The notes beneath the pieces were generated by a model, which did not search any database, was not told the origin of the DNA, and saw only the letters and a list, made by a program, of their open reading frames with translations. From Phoronis australis (Eukaryota > Animalia > Phoronida), in NCBI GenBank assembly GCA_002633005.1, contig NMRA01000799.1:77660-141659 (forward strand): 64,000 nucleotides of DNA. Direction: 5' to 3'. The translations under genes and the position numbers were made by a program. Shown one piece after another: positions 61,581-64,000 of the stretch. Position 1 is the first letter of the stretch. The number at the start of each line of letters is the position of its first letter.

Positions 61581-62253
61581 TATACGAAAGACGTGTTGAG
61601 CAACTCGGCACCGTATATACACTAAACAAGTCGGGAGAGACCTGGGTTGACATGCTTGAGAAGTCCAGACAATTAAATTTAATCGTGCGTATTAAAGCCT
61701 ATAATACAATACCCTTGAAGGGTCAGCGTTAAACATTAGAGGCATCTTAACTTCAAATCTAACCCGATGCCGTTCAGATGTTAATCAAGCGTTACACTCC
61801 TTGTAGGTTGTAATCGTCATCCAGTAGACAAAAGTATGTTTTTACTGTGTTTGTGCGTGTTGCATCGTCAAAATAAATTGATTTCTGGTGCTGCAAATAT
61901 TTTCATTATTCAACGTTACTCAAATGATATGCAGATGTTATTTGTGACTGACTGGGATAAACTCTACAGGAGAAAAGGTTATGTCATGTAATTTTGACGT
62001 GAGGCTGACAGATGACTCAAAGGTCACATAACAAAGAGATTGACCGTTATACGTTTAAAGGGCTGGCATGCATGTGTTTACAAGGATGCAAGAGATGTGA
62101 ATACATGAAGATGCCCCGTCGTGAATAACGCTCAGTGCGATCAAAGCTTCTGATGGAAGTGGACTGCTAGGCGCAACTGCTTTGCTGTTCAAAAGTGACA
62201 TTGAAGTCTTTCATCAATCAACTTGCAAGAACAGTCAACCTTGACCACGTGAA

Positions 62254-62691
62254 ATGAATGTTGAGGATTTTTTCGAAGTAACTGGGGGATTTGGAAAATT
62301 CCAGAAACTCCATTACAGCTTGTTGTCGCTATGTGGACTTCTAGGTGCATTTTCTACGATGCCTTACGTCTTTCTAACTGCCATCTCTGACTACTGGTGT
62401 GCTCCGCCGGTAGAATTCCTGAACCTATCTCTGGCTGAACGAAAAGCTCTAACTATACCAGTAGACAGTTCGAACGAATACAGCAAATGTACGATGTTCA
62501 ACTGGTCAGGAATTAACGAAACCAGCATTTGGAATTCCACAGTTTTCAAGTACAGTGAACATTGGTCCATGTGGAATCAGACAGAGAGTGATACAATGGG
62601 AGACTCGTTGAATGTCTCTTCGCTACCGGTTAAGAAGTGTTCGTCGTGGGAATACGACAGATCGCTGTATACTAGTTCTGTTGTCATGGAG
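62254..62691 (+). CDS. SLC22: SLC22 gene 3 exon 1 (gene continues beyond the window)
   Basis: MNVEDFFEVTGGFGKFQ...SSVVME|gtaagg; 146 codons. The following intron aligns with intron 1 of genes 1 and 2 up to the window end. Confidence 0.92.
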
Positions 62692-64000
62692 GTAAGGTTG
62701 AGTACATATGCGTGCGCAGATGCAGACGACGCAGCAAAATTACATGCAGTCTCCGTTTTAAAGCAAATTGATTATACTACATCAGGGCCCAGTTCTATAA
62801 AAGTTATACGACGTATAGCAACAACGACGTCGCATTATCATGTTATTGTTGAACAATAAACACAACGTCATGCAACAATCAAACTTATGCAGCGGATAAT
62901 TTTGAAGTTTTATGCAACCCAGCCCTATTCGCTCATTTTACATCATGGTCCTTGGTTATTTGCTGTCGAGGATAATTGGACCCCAACATTTCGTTTATAT
63001 TTGAGCAATCCAGTGGTATGGTTTTTTCAGTTACCGATAAGACGAGCAAATGGCAATAAAAAATCCTTTAAGGACTTAGGTGGTGCTGGACCTCCCCAAA
63101 AATGGTTTAGCTTATACATTCGATGTACCACAAAAATCAATTCCATATGATATCAACACATGCCACTGACCACTAAGCAACCTATGACAAGCCAATACAC
63201 TCTGTGTTGGGCCGTCAGAAATGCCACATTCTGGCTGGGCTATGCTATTCAAAAAACATAGTGGGTAATAAAACAATTATCTTCTTAGCCAGTACCCATT
63301 GTTAAGCCGGGTTTATTAACACTGCCCAACTGGGACAGTTGTTCACAAATTACTACATTCAATGACTTTTAAGAGAATGTAACCCTTGGTAATAAACACC
63401 ACTCAATTTCAAAAGGACTGCTGTGTGTGACTAAAACCGATGGTTTATTACTACCATCCGTCAAATTCGAAGCCAATATGTGGACTACGGTTTCCTCCTC
63501 TTAGACCAAAATGCAAAAACCTCGGAATGCTGTTGAAAAACATCAAGACTACGAAATGTTATTACAATTTCATAAATTCTCATTTAGAGACTCTCTATTT
63601 CAGTTCACTCCGTATTTTAACACGCTGGCCGTTAGAAACCCAACTATTTATGGATAATTTCCATTCACTAAAGGCCTAATCTGATGAATAATCAGAAATT
63701 GTTGCAGAACGAGAGTTTGGCAACCTTCCTACGAAGAGAATGACAGAAAGGGGAGAAAGACACTTGTTGGTCTCTCATGGTTTCAGTTGCATTGGCTTTA
63801 TTTCGGCGCTACCATGCGAGTTGATAGTTTACCCGACATCGAAATTTTCTATGACAGGAATAATTTAAGGAGCGCGTCCCGCGTTAATGCCACATAAACA
63901 TTTTTGACTCACTGTAACTGCTTTGCTCGGGCAAATGGGTGCACTAAACCTGTTCCCTCATTCTCCCATGAATAATATCCATTGTATATATTGCAATGCA

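Noticed and set aside
1-64000. tRNA, rRNA, prokaryotic defence or operon-like systems
   Set aside because: None seen by eye; content is spliced genes and eukaryotic transposons. tRNAscan-SE and Infernal were not run, so small ncRNAs cannot be excluded.

Overview
Eukaryotic, AT-rich animal DNA, probably an invertebrate; the organism cannot be named from sequence alone. The window is part of a head-to-tail tandem array of SLC22 (organic cation/anion/carnitine transporter, MFS) genes on the + strand. Gene 1 (CDS 8377-26979, 10 coding exons, 582 aa) and gene 2 (30960-53306, 10 exons, 578 aa) are complete, and gene 3 begins at 62254. The first ~1.2 kb is the downstream flank of a probable further copy upstream of the window. 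Exons 4, 6 and 10 were rebuilt from GT-AG sites and paralog comparison because the ORF track mostly misses them. Introns and spacers hold many decayed transposons: Kolobok-type (TTAA TSD, THAP relics), ISL2EU-type (AT TSD), Academ, Sola3-type, pogo, MITEs, LINE fragments and a Gypsy pol relic older than the duplications. A 3.5-kb apparent duplication of gene 2's last exon (52121-59361) looks like two alleles joined at an N. I found no tRNA, rRNA, CRISPR array or prokaryotic system, and nothing that proves a wholly new biological system. The best leads are the unusual basic residues in the transporters' predicted pocket, patchy gene-conversion signals and complementary Gypsy deletions. Protein-family matches are recalled from memory, not from database searches.
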